Source of the DNA: Bacteroidales bacterium
GTDB taxonomy: Bacteria; Bacteroidota; Bacteroidia; Bacteroidales; VadinHA17
Length of the DNA stretch: 64,000 nt
Reading direction: 5' to 3'
NCBI GenBank assembly: GCA_046706305.1
Contig: JBJKPQ010000188.1
Location: 3,202-67,201, forward strand
The translations under genes were made by a program, and so were the position numbers. The notes beneath the pieces were generated by a model that saw only the letters and a program-made list of their open reading frames with translations, ran no database searches and was not told the origin of the DNA. Position 1 is the first letter of the stretch, and every line of letters starts with the position of its first letter. This document shows, in pieces, positions 37,420 to 47,595 of the stretch.

Positions 37420-39252
37420 ATGTACGACATTCTTGAGTTAAGTAAGAAGCTGCTTCCTGAGTTAAGGGATATAGCCAAGGAGCTTAAAATTAAAAAAGCA
37501 GAATCTTTAAAGAAACAGGATTTAATCTATAAGATCCTTGATCAGCAGGCCATTGAATCTATTGAAAGCAAATCGGTTCAGGTTCCTGAAAAAGCAAATA
37601 CCAGACCTGCTCCCGAGAAATCAACAGGTGAACATGAAGGACATGTCAGAAGAGGAAAACGTCCGAGAACCTTAAAAGCAGGTTCCAAAGGTACAGTTGA
37701 ATCTGTTATGTCTGTTACACCTGATGACCTGAGGAAGACTGAAGAAATGCAGGCTGAGAAACAGGAACAGCAGGAAAAGCCTGAAAAAGCTGCTGAAATA
37801 GTTGAGGTTCCTGAAAAAAGAGAGCAACCGACGGGAGACAAAAAACCACAGAGGTGGAAAAATGACAGGAGACAGGACGACAGGGGTGGCAGGAATGAAA
37901 GGTATGAAAGGCCACAGGGAAACCGTTATGATAAAAGAAAGTCAGAACCATCACCCGAGATTTTTGCCGACAATACTTCACCAATATTGAACGGTGAGAC
38001 AGCCGATACGGATATCAAGGTTGAGTCGGTTTCAGTATCCAATAATGAACCGGCAGCTTCAAAAGTGAGGGAACAGGTTACATCATCCGCATCAAGGGAT
38101 GAAGAAGAGAAGAAGGAGAAACCTTACGATTTTGAAGGTATCATATACAATACCGGTGTTCTTGAAATAATGCCCGACGGCTATGGTTTTCTAAGATCGC
38201 CTGATTACAACTACCTTAATTCGCCCGACGATATTTACGTATCCCAGTCGCAGATTAAGTTATTCGGTCTGAAGACAGGTGATACTATAAAGGGCTCCAT
38301 CCGTCCTCCGAAGGAAGGGGAGAAATACTTCCCCCTTATCAAGGTCGATGAGATCAACGGGCGCAGTCCCGATTATATAAGGGACAGGGTGCCGTTTGAT
38401 TTTCTTACGCCTCTTTTCCCGAATGAGAAGTTCACCCTCTGCCAGTCGGGCGAAGGCTCTCTCTCTGTCAGGATCATTGATATGTTCACACCTATCGGTA
38501 AAGGCCAGCGTGGCCTTATAGTGGCACAGCCAAAAACAGGAAAGACAATTCTGCTCCAGGAGGTTGCCAACGCCATAGCCAAGTACCATCCTGAGGTATA
38601 CCTGATGATACTGCTGATTGACGAAAGACCTGAGGAAGTTACCGATATGGCCAGGAACGTTAAAGCCGAAGTGATTGCCTCAACATTCGACGAACCTGCT
38701 GAACGGCATTGCAGGGTTGCAAATATCGTTCTGGAAAAAGCAAAGAGGCTTGTTGAATGTGGCCATGATGTTGTTATTCTTCTTGATTCAATCACAAGGC
38801 TGGCCCGTGCTTTTAATACCACGGCCCCCGCTTCAGGCAAGGTATTGTCGGGTGGTGTTGATTCAAATGCTCTTCATAAGCCGAAAAGATTTTTTGGTGC
38901 TGCCCGTAATATAGAAAACGGAGGCTCACTTACTATCCTTGCCACCGCTCTTACCGACACGGGATCCAAGATGGACGATGTTATTTTCGAGGAATTTAAG
39001 GGTACAGGTAATATGGAACTGCAGCTTGACCGCAAGCTGTCAAACAGGAGGATATTCCCTTCTATAGATATACCTGCTTCAAGTACAAGGAGAGAAGACC
39101 TGCTGCTTAATAAGAATATACTTCAGAAAACATGGGTTCTGCGTAATTTCCTTACAGATATGAACTCTGTGGAAGCTATGGAATTCCTGCGCGACAGGCT
39201 CTTACAAACGAAATCAAATGAAGAATTCCTGATTTCAATGAACGGTAGTTAA
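37420..39252 (+). CDS. rho: Transcription termination factor Rho with ~190-aa N-terminal insertion domain
   Basis: N-terminal helix bundle, RNA-binding CSD ([15 protein letters not shown]), Walker A (AQPKTGKT), and C-terminal [14 protein letters not shown]. Confidence 0.95.
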   Translation: MYDILELSKKLLPELRDIAKELKIKKAESLKKQDLIYKILDQQAIESIESKSVQVPEKANTRPAPEKSTGEHEGHVRRGKRPRTLKAGSKGTVESVMSVTPDDLRKTEEMQAEKQEQQEKPEKAAEIVEVPEKREQPTGDKKPQRWKNDRRQDDRGGRNERYERPQGNRYDKRKSEPSPEIFADNTSPILNGETADTDIKVESVSVSNNEPAASKVREQVTSSASRDEEEKKEKPYDFEGIIYNTGVLEIMPDGYGFLRSPDYNYLNSPDDIYVSQSQIKLFGLKTGDTIKGSIRPPKEGEKYFPLIKVDEINGRSPDYIRDRVPFDFLTPLFPNEKFTLCQSGEGSLSVRIIDMFTPIGKGQRGLIVAQPKTGKTILLQEVANAIAKYHPEVYLMILLIDERPEEVTDMARNVKAEVIASTFDEPAERHCRVANIVLEKAKRLVECGHDVVILLDSITRLARAFNTTAPASGKVLSGGVDSNALHKPKRFFGAARNIENGGSLTILATALTDTGSKMDDVIFEEFKGTGNMELQLDRKLSNRRIFPSIDIPASSTRREDLLLNKNILQKTWVLRNFLTDMNSVEAMEFLRDRLLQTKSNEEFLISMNGS

Positions 39253-39269
39253 TGAACCGTATTTTTTTG

Positions 39270-39277
39270 TAATTTTG
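39270..39277 (+). promoter_or_regulatory. Candidate -7 box TAATTTTG for nifJ
   Basis: Matches TAnnTTTG. It lies 47 nt upstream of the ATG at 39325. Confidence 0.4.
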
Positions 39278-39324
39278 CACTTTCTTTTTAATATTCTTTT
39301 TAAAATCAAATATATCAAATTACA

Positions 39325-42300
39325 ATGGGAACAAAAAAATTTATAACGTGCGACGGTAACCAGGCCGCGGCGCATGTAGCATATATGTTTAGCGAAGTCG
39401 CTTGCATATATCCTATCACACCTTCTTCAACAATGGCAGAATACATCGATGAATGGGCTGCCAACGGACTCACAAACATATTTGGCGAACAGGTACAGGT
39501 TGTAGAGATGCAATCAGAAGCCGGCGCCTCAGGTGCTGTTCACGGCGCATTGCAGTCAGGTGCACTCTGTTCGACATTTACTGCCTCACAGGGTCTCCTT
39601 CTTATGATACCTAACATGTTCAAGATTGCAGGTGAGCTCCTTCCGGGAGTTTTCCATGTGAGTGCTCGCTCGGTTGCCGCTCATGCTCTTTCAATCTTCG
39701 GAGATCACAGTGATATCTATGCCACCCGTCCTACAGGTTTTGCAATGCTGGCCAGCGGAAGTGTGCAGGAGATAATGGACCTGGCAGGTGTAGCTCATCT
39801 CTCAGCCATTAAAACAAGGTTGCCTTTCCTTCATTTCTTCGACGGATTCAGGTCATCAGCCGAGATACAGAAGATCGAAGCCATGCAGATGGACGACCTG
39901 AAAGGTCTTATCGACTATGATGCTCTCCAGAGATTCCGCGATAATGCTCTTAACCCTGAACATCCTGTCACAAGAGGTACAGCACAGAACCCTGATATCT
40001 ATTTCCAGGCCAAGGAATCTGTCAATAAATTCTACGACCCGGTTGCTGATATAGTAAACGATTACATGGGCGAGATATCCAAAATAACTGGAAGGGAATA
40101 CAAACCTTTCACCTATTACGGAGCTCCCGACGCAGAGAATTTTTTCGTAGCAATGGGATCAATCACAGAGACTACAAAAGAAACAATAGACTACCTTACA
40201 GCTAAAGGTGAAAAAGTTGGTCTTATCAGCGTACATCTCTATCGTCCTTTCTCAGCCAGGTATTTCTTTGATGTTCTTCCGAAATCGGTTAAAGTCATCT
40301 CTGTTCTCGACAGGACAAAAGAACCGGGAGCTAACGGGGAACCTCTCTACCTCGATGTTAAAGAAATGTTCTATGACAATGAGGTGAGACCTGTTATTCT
40401 GGGCGGCCGCTACGGTTTAAGCTCAAAAGACACTACACCGGCAATGGTTCTTTCAGTATTTGAGAACATGAAACTTAAAGAACCAAAGAATAATTTCACA
40501 GTTGGTATAGTTGACGATGTTACATTTAAATCTCTTCCTGTTCTGCCGGAGATACATGTTGCTGAAGCAGGTACATACAGTGCAAAATTCTACGGTCTCG
40601 GTTCAGACGGTACTGTAGGTGCAAACAAGAACTCCATTAAGATTATTGGTGACTCTACAGATAAGTACTGCCAGGCGTATTTTGCATATGACTCAAAGAA
40701 ATCAGGAGGTATTACGACATCACACCTTCGTTTTGGTGATAAACCGATTCGTTCACCCTACCTTGTTAACACACCTGATTTTGTAGCCTGCCATGTGCCT
40801 TCATATATCGATAAATATGATATGCTTAAGGGACTTAAGGAGAATGGAACTTTCCTTCTTAACTCCATATGGGATGCAGAAGAAACAAAGAATCGCCTCC
40901 CCGACCATATGAAGAAGTATCTTGCAGCAAATAAAATCAACTTCTATATTATCAATGCTACCAAAATTGCAGAGGAAATAGGTCTTGGCACACGTACCAA
41001 TACTATTATGCAGGCAGCCTTCTTCAAAGTAGCCAATGTGATACCTTATGAGAAAGCCGAATCAGAAATGAAAAAGGCTATCTATAAGAGTTATGGCAAG
41101 AAAGGTGAAGATGTTGTTAAGATGAACTATGATGCCGTCGACCAGGGAAGCAATGTTGAGAAAGTTGAGATTCCGTCTGAATGGGCAAACATAACAGTTA
41201 CGAAAAAGAAGGAAGAACGTAATGTTCCTGCCTTCATCAGTGATGTGATGGACCCGATCAACAGTCTTAAAGGTGATGATCTGCCTGTTAGTGCTTTCGC
41301 AGGAAGAGAAGACGGCACATTCCCGTCAGGTACTTCAGCATATGAGAAACGCGGCATTGCAGTTAACGTGCCCGAATGGCAGCCTGAGGAATGTATCCAG
41401 TGCAACCAGTGTTCATATGTTTGTCCTCACGCATCTATCCGTCCATTCCTTCTCACCGAGGAAGAATTGGCTAATGCTCCTGAAGGAACTACTACAATAA
41501 AGGGTATCCCAGGTGCTCTCAAGGCATATAACTTCAGGATACAGGTAAGTGTGCTCGACTGTACAGGTTGCGGTAACTGCGCCGATATATGCCCTTCCAA
41601 GAACAAAGCTCTTATTATGAAGCCGCTTGAATCGCAGATAAACGAAGCTCCCCGCTGGACATATATGCACGAGGAAGTTGGGTACAAAGACACTGTTGTT
41701 GATAAATTCGTTAATGTTAAGAACAGCCAGTTTGCACAGCCACTTTTTGAATTCTCAGGTGCATGTGCAGGTTGCGGTGAGACTCCTTATATAAAGGCTA
41801 TCACACAGCTCTTCGGCGACAGGATGATCGTTGCCAATGCAACAGGATGCTCATCTATTTATGGTGGTTCGGCTCCTTCTACTCCTTATACACATAATAA
41901 GAACGGTTACGGTCCTGCCTGGGCCAACTCGCTCTTCGAAGATAACGCCGAATACGGCCTCGGACTCGCACTCGGCTCTTCCAAGCTGAGAGACAGGCTT
42001 GCACTGAGGATGAAAAAAGCAGTTGAGGAAGGCTCGGTAAACAATGAAACAAAAGCTGCTTTTGAAGAATGGCTGGGTGCCATGGATAATGCTGAAGCAT
42101 CCAGGACAGCTTCTCAGAGAGTGGTTGAAGCTTGTTCTAAAGAAAAAGCCCCGGTTGCAAAAGAGATATTAAGTCTCAAGAGCTACCTCGTTAAAAAATC
42201 CAACTGGATATTTGGTGGTGACGGATGGGCATATGATATAGGTTATGGAGGGCTCGATCATGTAATTGCTTCAGGTGAAGATGTAAATATCCTTGTTCTC

Positions 42301-42864
42301 GACACCGAAGTATACTCCAATACCGGCGGACAGGCCTCCAAATCAACACCGGCCGGCGCTGTTGCAAAATTTGCAGCATCAGGTAAGAAGATACGTAAGA
42401 AGGATCTTGGCCAGATGGCTATGAGTTACGGATATGTATATGTTGCCCAGGTAGCTATGGGTGCCAGCAACCCACAGTACCTTAAAGCTATAAAGGAAGC
42501 AGAAGCTTATCCCGGACCATCTCTCATTATAGCATATTCTCCATGTATTAACCATGGACTGAGAGAAGGAATGGGTAAGGCACAGGCACAGGAGAAAAAT
42601 GCTGTTGCTGCCGGTTACTGGCATCTTTACAGGTATAATCCTCTCCTTGAGGCAGAAGGCAAGAATCCTTTCCTCCTCGATTCAAAAGAGCCTGACTGGA
42701 CAAAATTCCAGGATTTCCTCCATTCAGAGGTCAGGTATACTTCATTGGTTAAATCATTCCCTGAAGAAGCCAAAAAGCTCTTTAAGGCAGCTGAAGAAAA
42801 TGCTAAATGGAGATACCAGTCATACCAGCGCCTTGCTGCTATGGAGTTTTCACCTGCTGAATAA
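39325..42864 (+). CDS. nifJ: Pyruvate:ferredoxin (flavodoxin) oxidoreductase
   Basis: About 1180 aa. Two ferredoxin motifs (CIQCNQCSYVCP, CTGCGNCADICP). TPP-binding region with GCGETPY and GGDGWAYDIG. Confidence 0.95.
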   Translation: MGTKKFITCDGNQAAAHVAYMFSEVACIYPITPSSTMAEYIDEWAANGLTNIFGEQVQVVEMQSEAGASGAVHGALQSGALCSTFTASQGLLLMIPNMFKIAGELLPGVFHVSARSVAAHALSIFGDHSDIYATRPTGFAMLASGSVQEIMDLAGVAHLSAIKTRLPFLHFFDGFRSSAEIQKIEAMQMDDLKGLIDYDALQRFRDNALNPEHPVTRGTAQNPDIYFQAKESVNKFYDPVADIVNDYMGEISKITGREYKPFTYYGAPDAENFFVAMGSITETTKETIDYLTAKGEKVGLISVHLYRPFSARYFFDVLPKSVKVISVLDRTKEPGANGEPLYLDVKEMFYDNEVRPVILGGRYGLSSKDTTPAMVLSVFENMKLKEPKNNFTVGIVDDVTFKSLPVLPEIHVAEAGTYSAKFYGLGSDGTVGANKNSIKIIGDSTDKYCQAYFAYDSKKSGGITTSHLRFGDKPIRSPYLVNTPDFVACHVPSYIDKYDMLKGLKENGTFLLNSIWDAEETKNRLPDHMKKYLAANKINFYIINATKIAEEIGLGTRTNTIMQAAFFKVANVIPYEKAESEMKKAIYKSYGKKGEDVVKMNYDAVDQGSNVEKVEIPSEWANITVTKKKEERNVPAFISDVMDPINSLKGDDLPVSAFAGREDGTFPSGTSAYEKRGIAVNVPEWQPEECIQCNQCSYVCPHASIRPFLLTEEELANAPEGTTTIKGIPGALKAYNFRIQVSVLDCTGCGNCADICPSKNKALIMKPLESQINEAPRWTYMHEEVGYKDTVVDKFVNVKNSQFAQPLFEFSGACAGCGETPYIKAITQLFGDRMIVANATGCSSIYGGSAPSTPYTHNKNGYGPAWANSLFEDNAEYGLGLALGSSKLRDRLALRMKKAVEEGSVNNETKAAFEEWLGAMDNAEASRTASQRVVEACSKEKAPVAKEILSLKSYLVKKSNWIFGGDGWAYDIGYGGLDHVIASGEDVNILVLDTEVYSNTGGQASKSTPAGAVAKFAASGKKIRKKDLGQMAMSYGYVYVAQVAMGASNPQYLKAIKEAEAYPGPSLIIAYSPCINHGLREGMGKAQAQEKNAVAAGYWHLYRYNPLLEAEGKNPFLLDSKEPDWTKFQDFLHSEVRYTSLVKSFPEEAKKLFKAAEENAKWRYQSYQRLAAMEFSPAE

Positions 42865-42886
42865 CAAAACAATTATATAAAAAGAG

Positions 42887-42918
42887 GCCGTCTCAAAACA
42901 CATTGAGACGGCTTTTTT
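42887..42918 (+). terminator. Rho-independent terminator after nifJ
   Basis: 9-bp stem GCCGTCTCA / TGAGACGGC with an 8-nt loop, followed by TTTTTT. Confidence 0.75.
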
Positions 42919-43077
42919 ATTTGAGTTGTATTATTGATTTTTTAAAAATTCATGATGTTTGTGAGATTTCTAAAAGACTCTGATGCAAACAAGAATTTCC
43001 TGCTCAGGCCTGCTCTTTTCTGCACTCATATCATGCAGTTGACTACCTGTATAATCTCACTTTAAAATAATATTAGT

Positions 43078-43085
43078 AATTTTGC
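43078..43085 (+). promoter_or_regulatory. Candidate -7 box TAATTTTG for ruvX-def
   Basis: Matches TAnnTTTG. It lies 16 nt upstream of the ATG at 43102, implying a very short leader. Confidence 0.45.
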
Positions 43086-43101
43086 ACCTGGCATTAAAAG
43101 A

Positions 43102-43536
43102 ATGGGCAGGATACTTGGAATAGACTATGGGACAAAACGTATCGGACTTGCTGTGACAGATCCGCTGCAGATATTTGCTTCACCCCTGGCTACAATACAT
43201 CCCTCGGAATTTGATGCTTTTATCGAAAGATACCAGGAATCGGAAAGCATAGATGAATTTGTGATCGGATACCCGGTCAGGATGAACAACGATCCGAGTG
43301 AAGTTGTTAAACACATTGATCCGTTCATCAGGAAGCTCAGGAAGCAATACCCTGAAAAACAGGTACACAAAGTTGATGAGAGGTTCACTTCCCAGATGGC
43401 TTTCCGGGCAATGATCGATGGAGGATTAAAGAAAAAGGACAGGCAAAACAAGCAAATGGTTGACAGGATAAGCGCTTCACTGATATTGCAGTCTTTCCTT
43501 GATAAAAGAACAAATAATAATAAAACTGAAATATAA
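43102..43536 (+). CDS. ruvX: Holliday junction resolvase-like nuclease RuvX/YqgF
   Basis: The ILGIDYGTKRIGLAVTD N-terminus and a ~140-aa size. Confidence 0.9.
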   Translation: MGRILGIDYGTKRIGLAVTDPLQIFASPLATIHPSEFDAFIERYQESESIDEFVIGYPVRMNNDPSEVVKHIDPFIRKLRKQYPEKQVHKVDERFTSQMAFRAMIDGGLKKKDRQNKQMVDRISASLILQSFLDKRTNNNKTEI

Positions 43537-43537
43537 A

Positions 43538-44107
43538 ATGGTTTATCCTATAATTATATACGGTCATCCGGTACTTAGGAAAGTTGCAGAGGAAATTGAT
43601 AAGGATTATGAAGGTCTTGATCAATTGATAGACGATATGTTCGAAACACTTCATTATTCCGACGGAATTGGTCTTGCCGCCCCCCAGATAGGCAAATCAA
43701 TAAGGATATTTATTATCGACGGTTCGCCTGTAGGTGACGATGAACCTGAGCTTGCCAATTTCAGGAAAGCTTTCATAAATGCTCATATAACAGAACGAAG
43801 CGGCGAGTCTGTAGCCATGAACGAAGGCTGCCTCAGCATCCCTAACCTGAGGGAAGAGGTTTTACGCGAGTCAAAGGTAAGGATAACCTATTATGATGAA
43901 AAATGGGAATACCACGATGAGGTATATGAAGGTTATACCGCAAGGATTATAGAACATGAATACGATCATCTCGATGGTATCCTTTTTACTGACAGGCTGA
44001 ATCCGTTAAGGAAACGTCTTCTGAAAGGTAAACTCACCGCAATAAGCAAAGGTAAATTCGAGGCTGATTATAAAACAATACTTGCCGGACAGAAGATCAG
44101 GCAGTAA
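43538..44107 (+). CDS. def: Peptide deformylase
   Basis: GIGLAAPQIG, EGCLS and HEYDHLDG motifs. The start is moved to MVYPII (43538), immediately after the ruvX stop. Confidence 0.9.
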   Translation: MVYPIIIYGHPVLRKVAEEIDKDYEGLDQLIDDMFETLHYSDGIGLAAPQIGKSIRIFIIDGSPVGDDEPELANFRKAFINAHITERSGESVAMNEGCLSIPNLREEVLRESKVRITYYDEKWEYHDEVYEGYTARIIEHEYDHLDGILFTDRLNPLRKRLLKGKLTAISKGKFEADYKTILAGQKIRQ

Positions 44108-44154
44108 GAAATACATTTTTTTCTTACCTTTATATAGTCTAATCGCTGCAGATT

Positions 44155-46164
44155 GTGCTATTTAAAGAAATACCCTTTTTACGGATCATAATGTTCCTCT
44201 GTCCGGGTATACTGACAGGTGCCTGGCTCAATCCGGGAATATTTTTTATCTGTCCAGCCATTATCCTGATCACATTCCTTGTGATAACAGACTATGTCCT
44301 TAAAAAATCGCGGAGAAATATTCTGTCGGGTATAGCAATAAACACTGCTTTCTTTTTATGCGGCATCTTATTGTACTCTGCCCGTAAACACAGCCTCTCA
44401 ACATTACCCGGTGAAAAGGCGGAATTCATATGCACACTGTCCGATTACCCCCTGGAAAAGGAAAACAGTATTTTATTAAGAGTAGGCCTTGTTTGCATGA
44501 ATGATAAGGACCGCTTTATCCCCCTTAAAGGTTCTATGTTGGTTTATAACAGGAAAGATACAACATTTACTTCCTGTATGCCGGGTGACAAACTGATTTT
44601 ACGGTGTCGTCCCACAGCCATCACCAACAGGAATAACCCTTATGAGTTCAATTACAGGGCCTACATGGAAAACCGGGATATAAAATATTATGCCCTTACA
44701 CAAACCAGAGATATCACATGGCTGACACCCCCTAAACACAGGAGCATTAAATGCCGTGCACTTATTATCCGCAGGGGTATAATCAATATGTACAGGCGAC
44801 TTGGCATCAGGGGTAAAAACCTTGCCGTAGTTGCCGCCATTTCACTCGGTCAAAAAAACCTGCTCGGCGAGGAACAGAAAAATGATTTTGCAACAGCGGG
44901 TGTCATACATGTTATGGCTGTATCCGGTCTGCATGTAATGATATTGAGCCTGTTTGTGATGAATGTATTTTTCTTCCTGAAAAAAAGATTCAACATAGCC
45001 AGGATTATTATAACCCTGGTATTTATGTGGATGTTTGCCTTCATAACGGGTCTGGCAACACCTGTTATAAGAGCTTCTCTGATGTTCACGTTTATATGGT
45101 CCGGTTACCTTATGAAAAGGAGGCTTAATCCAATGAATTCACTTATGGCATCAGCCTTTGTCCTGATCTTAATAAAGCCGGGGGTCATTTTCGATTCCGG
45201 TTTCCTCCTGTCCTATTCTGCGGTTATCTTTATAATTGTCTTCTACAACGACCTGTATATGAAGCTGCATTTCAGACGATACATACCTGATAAAATATGG
45301 CAGATGGCAGTTGTCGCCATTGTTGCCCAGGCAGCCACAATGCCGATAACAATAACATTATTCAACAGGTTCCCGGTATACTTCCTTATTGCCAACTTAA
45401 TAATTGTACCCCTGGCATCACTTATCGTGATAACAGGCTGCCTGGTTCCTTTAGTCTATTCTGTCAGGCCGTTAGCCGGATTACTGGCTGCTATTCTGAA
45501 TAAAATAACCGGGCTGACAATTCTTATAACTGAAAAGACAGCTTCGCTCCCCCATGCTTCAATTACCGACACAGGCATGCTGCCCCCCGAATGCTTCCTG
45601 TTGATGTTAACTATATTCCTGTGTGCCTTCTATCTGTTGAGAAAGAGGAGTATACCAGTCGTATACCCGTTGATTGCATTACTTCTTTTTGTAACATTCC
45701 GCACATATTCCGATATACGCGTCAAAACCACAAGGGAGATAATAGTATATAATATCCCCCGATCCACTGCCATTGGAATAAGGACCGGAAGGGTATTAAA
45801 CCTTTATTCTGACAGTAAGGTAGTATCGGATGAAGTGCAAAAGCATTGTTCAACCCTGCACCTTAAACTGTCAGTAATAAATCTTCCGGACGAGCCCTTA
45901 TGGATTGGTACGGGCGATAAAAAGATACTTATAAGCAGAACCGGAACAAGGGAATTCAACAATGACATGGAGGCTGACATTATTGTAATACCGGGACGTG
46001 ACAATCAGGTTATTTATGATATATGCAAGAAGACGGGGTCCGGACCTTTTACGGTACCCGGAAAAAGTAAGTTAACAATCTTCAGCGGCAGAGATACAAG
46101 CTGTTCATATACAGGCAGGGTATATTCAGTAGGAAAATCCGGCGCATTTATCAAAAGGATATGA
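44155..46164 (+). CDS. comEC: ComEC/Rec2-family competence membrane protein
   Basis: Polytopic membrane protein with the VMAVSGLHV competence-domain motif. GTG start. Confidence 0.8.
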   Translation: MLFKEIPFLRIIMFLCPGILTGAWLNPGIFFICPAIILITFLVITDYVLKKSRRNILSGIAINTAFFLCGILLYSARKHSLSTLPGEKAEFICTLSDYPLEKENSILLRVGLVCMNDKDRFIPLKGSMLVYNRKDTTFTSCMPGDKLILRCRPTAITNRNNPYEFNYRAYMENRDIKYYALTQTRDITWLTPPKHRSIKCRALIIRRGIINMYRRLGIRGKNLAVVAAISLGQKNLLGEEQKNDFATAGVIHVMAVSGLHVMILSLFVMNVFFFLKKRFNIARIIITLVFMWMFAFITGLATPVIRASLMFTFIWSGYLMKRRLNPMNSLMASAFVLILIKPGVIFDSGFLLSYSAVIFIIVFYNDLYMKLHFRRYIPDKIWQMAVVAIVAQAATMPITITLFNRFPVYFLIANLIIVPLASLIVITGCLVPLVYSVRPLAGLLAAILNKITGLTILITEKTASLPHASITDTGMLPPECFLLMLTIFLCAFYLLRKRSIPVVYPLIALLLFVTFRTYSDIRVKTTREIIVYNIPRSTAIGIRTGRVLNLYSDSKVVSDEVQKHCSTLHLKLSVINLPDEPLWIGTGDKKILISRTGTREFNNDMEADIIVIPGRDNQVIYDICKKTGSGPFTVPGKSKLTIFSGRDTSCSYTGRVYSVGKSGAFIKRI

Positions 46165-46248
46165 TTTGTTATTAAATAAATCCGGGAAAAAACTTGAGTA
46201 TTACCCTATTTATCTATTATTTTGTCATGTTTTTTCAAATAATATTCA

Positions 46249-47589
46249 ATGAGAATAATTATTGCCGGAGCAGGAGAGGTTGGGTCGCATCTTGCAAAAA
46301 TGTTATCAAATGAAAATCATGAAATAATAATCATAGACCCTGAAGATGCCAGACTGAAACCTATTGATGCATCACTTGATGTGCTTACCTACTGGGGTTC
46401 TGCCACATCAGTCAAAATACTCCAGGATGCATTGCGTAAAAAGACGGATCTCTTCATAGCAGTCACACACTCGGAAGACACAAACATAACAGCTGCTATT
46501 CTGGCTAAACGTTTCGGTGCGCTTAAGACTATTGCCCGCATCGATAACATTGATTACCTTGAGCATTCCACCCTTGAATTTTTCAAATCGATGGGTATAG
46601 ATTCGCTTATTTATCCCGAACTGATAGCTGCCCGTGAGGTGCTTGGCCTGCTGCATGAAACAGGTGCCACCGATTTCATGGAATTCTCAGGGGGTAAGCT
46701 TGCTATGTATGTCCAGAAGCTTGAAGAAAAAGCGCCTATACTTAATAAAACTCTCCAGGAGATAGCAAGGATTAACCGTACGGATAAATACAGGGCTGTG
46801 GCAATCAAAAGATCCGGGAAAACCATTATACCCAGGGGCAATGAGCAGTTTAAGCTTGGCGACATGGTCTATGTCATCTCCACTCATGAAGGTATAGATG
46901 AGATGATGAAAAACTCAGGAAAAGAAAATTTTGAAGCCAACAGCATCATGATACTGGGGGGCAGCAAGATTGGAAAGCATATAGCCCTCTATATGCAGAA
47001 AACATGCGAGGTGAAGCTGATAGATACAAATATTAAGAAGTGCGAGGATCTGGCGGAGATACTCGACAATACGCTCATAATTAATGGCGATGGCCGCAAT
47101 ATAGAGCTTCTTGAACAGGAAGGGATAACACAGACCGATGCATTTGTAGCTGTTACTGGTAATTCGGAGACAAACATCCTGGCATGCCTGCTTGCCAAAA
47201 GGCTTGGAGTAAGGAAAACGATTGCCGAAGTTGAGAACATGGAATATATAAATCTGGCGGAAAACACCGGTATTGACACTATTATAAATAAAAAAATAGC
47301 GGCTGCCAGCAGGATATTCCGGCATACGACCAATCCAAATGTTACGCAGGTTAAGTGTATGACGGGAACAGATGCAGAGATCCTCGAATTTATTGTCCCG
47401 GCAAATGCAAAGATTACCAAGGGTACTTTAAGAAGTTTTGATTTTCCGAGAGAAGCCATTGTCGGAGGAGGTACAAGGGACGGCGTACCTTTCATTGCCA
47501 CGGGAGATACAATACTGAAAGCTAATGACAAAGTCATTGTGTTTACCCTTCCTTCGGCATTCGAAAAACTATCGAAATATTTTACCTGA
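46249..47589 (+). CDS. trkA: Trk system potassium uptake protein TrkA (two RCK units)
   Basis: IIIAGAGEVGSHLA and ILGGSKIGKHIA Rossmann motifs, in a tandem TrkA-N/TrkA-C organisation. Confidence 0.9.
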   Translation: MRIIIAGAGEVGSHLAKMLSNENHEIIIIDPEDARLKPIDASLDVLTYWGSATSVKILQDALRKKTDLFIAVTHSEDTNITAAILAKRFGALKTIARIDNIDYLEHSTLEFFKSMGIDSLIYPELIAAREVLGLLHETGATDFMEFSGGKLAMYVQKLEEKAPILNKTLQEIARINRTDKYRAVAIKRSGKTIIPRGNEQFKLGDMVYVISTHEGIDEMMKNSGKENFEANSIMILGGSKIGKHIALYMQKTCEVKLIDTNIKKCEDLAEILDNTLIINGDGRNIELLEQEGITQTDAFVAVTGNSETNILACLLAKRLGVRKTIAEVENMEYINLAENTGIDTIINKKIAAASRIFRHTTNPNVTQVKCMTGTDAEILEFIVPANAKITKGTLRSFDFPREAIVGGGTRDGVPFIATGDTILKANDKVIVFTLPSAFEKLSKYFT

Positions 47590-47595
47590 CAATAA

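Noticed and set aside
44103-44128. AT-rich hairpin GTAAGAAA / TTTCTTAC after def as a terminator
   Set aside because: The stem is only 8 bp and almost entirely A:T, with a ~9-nt loop. It is too weak to call, and comEC follows 47 nt later and may be co-transcribed.
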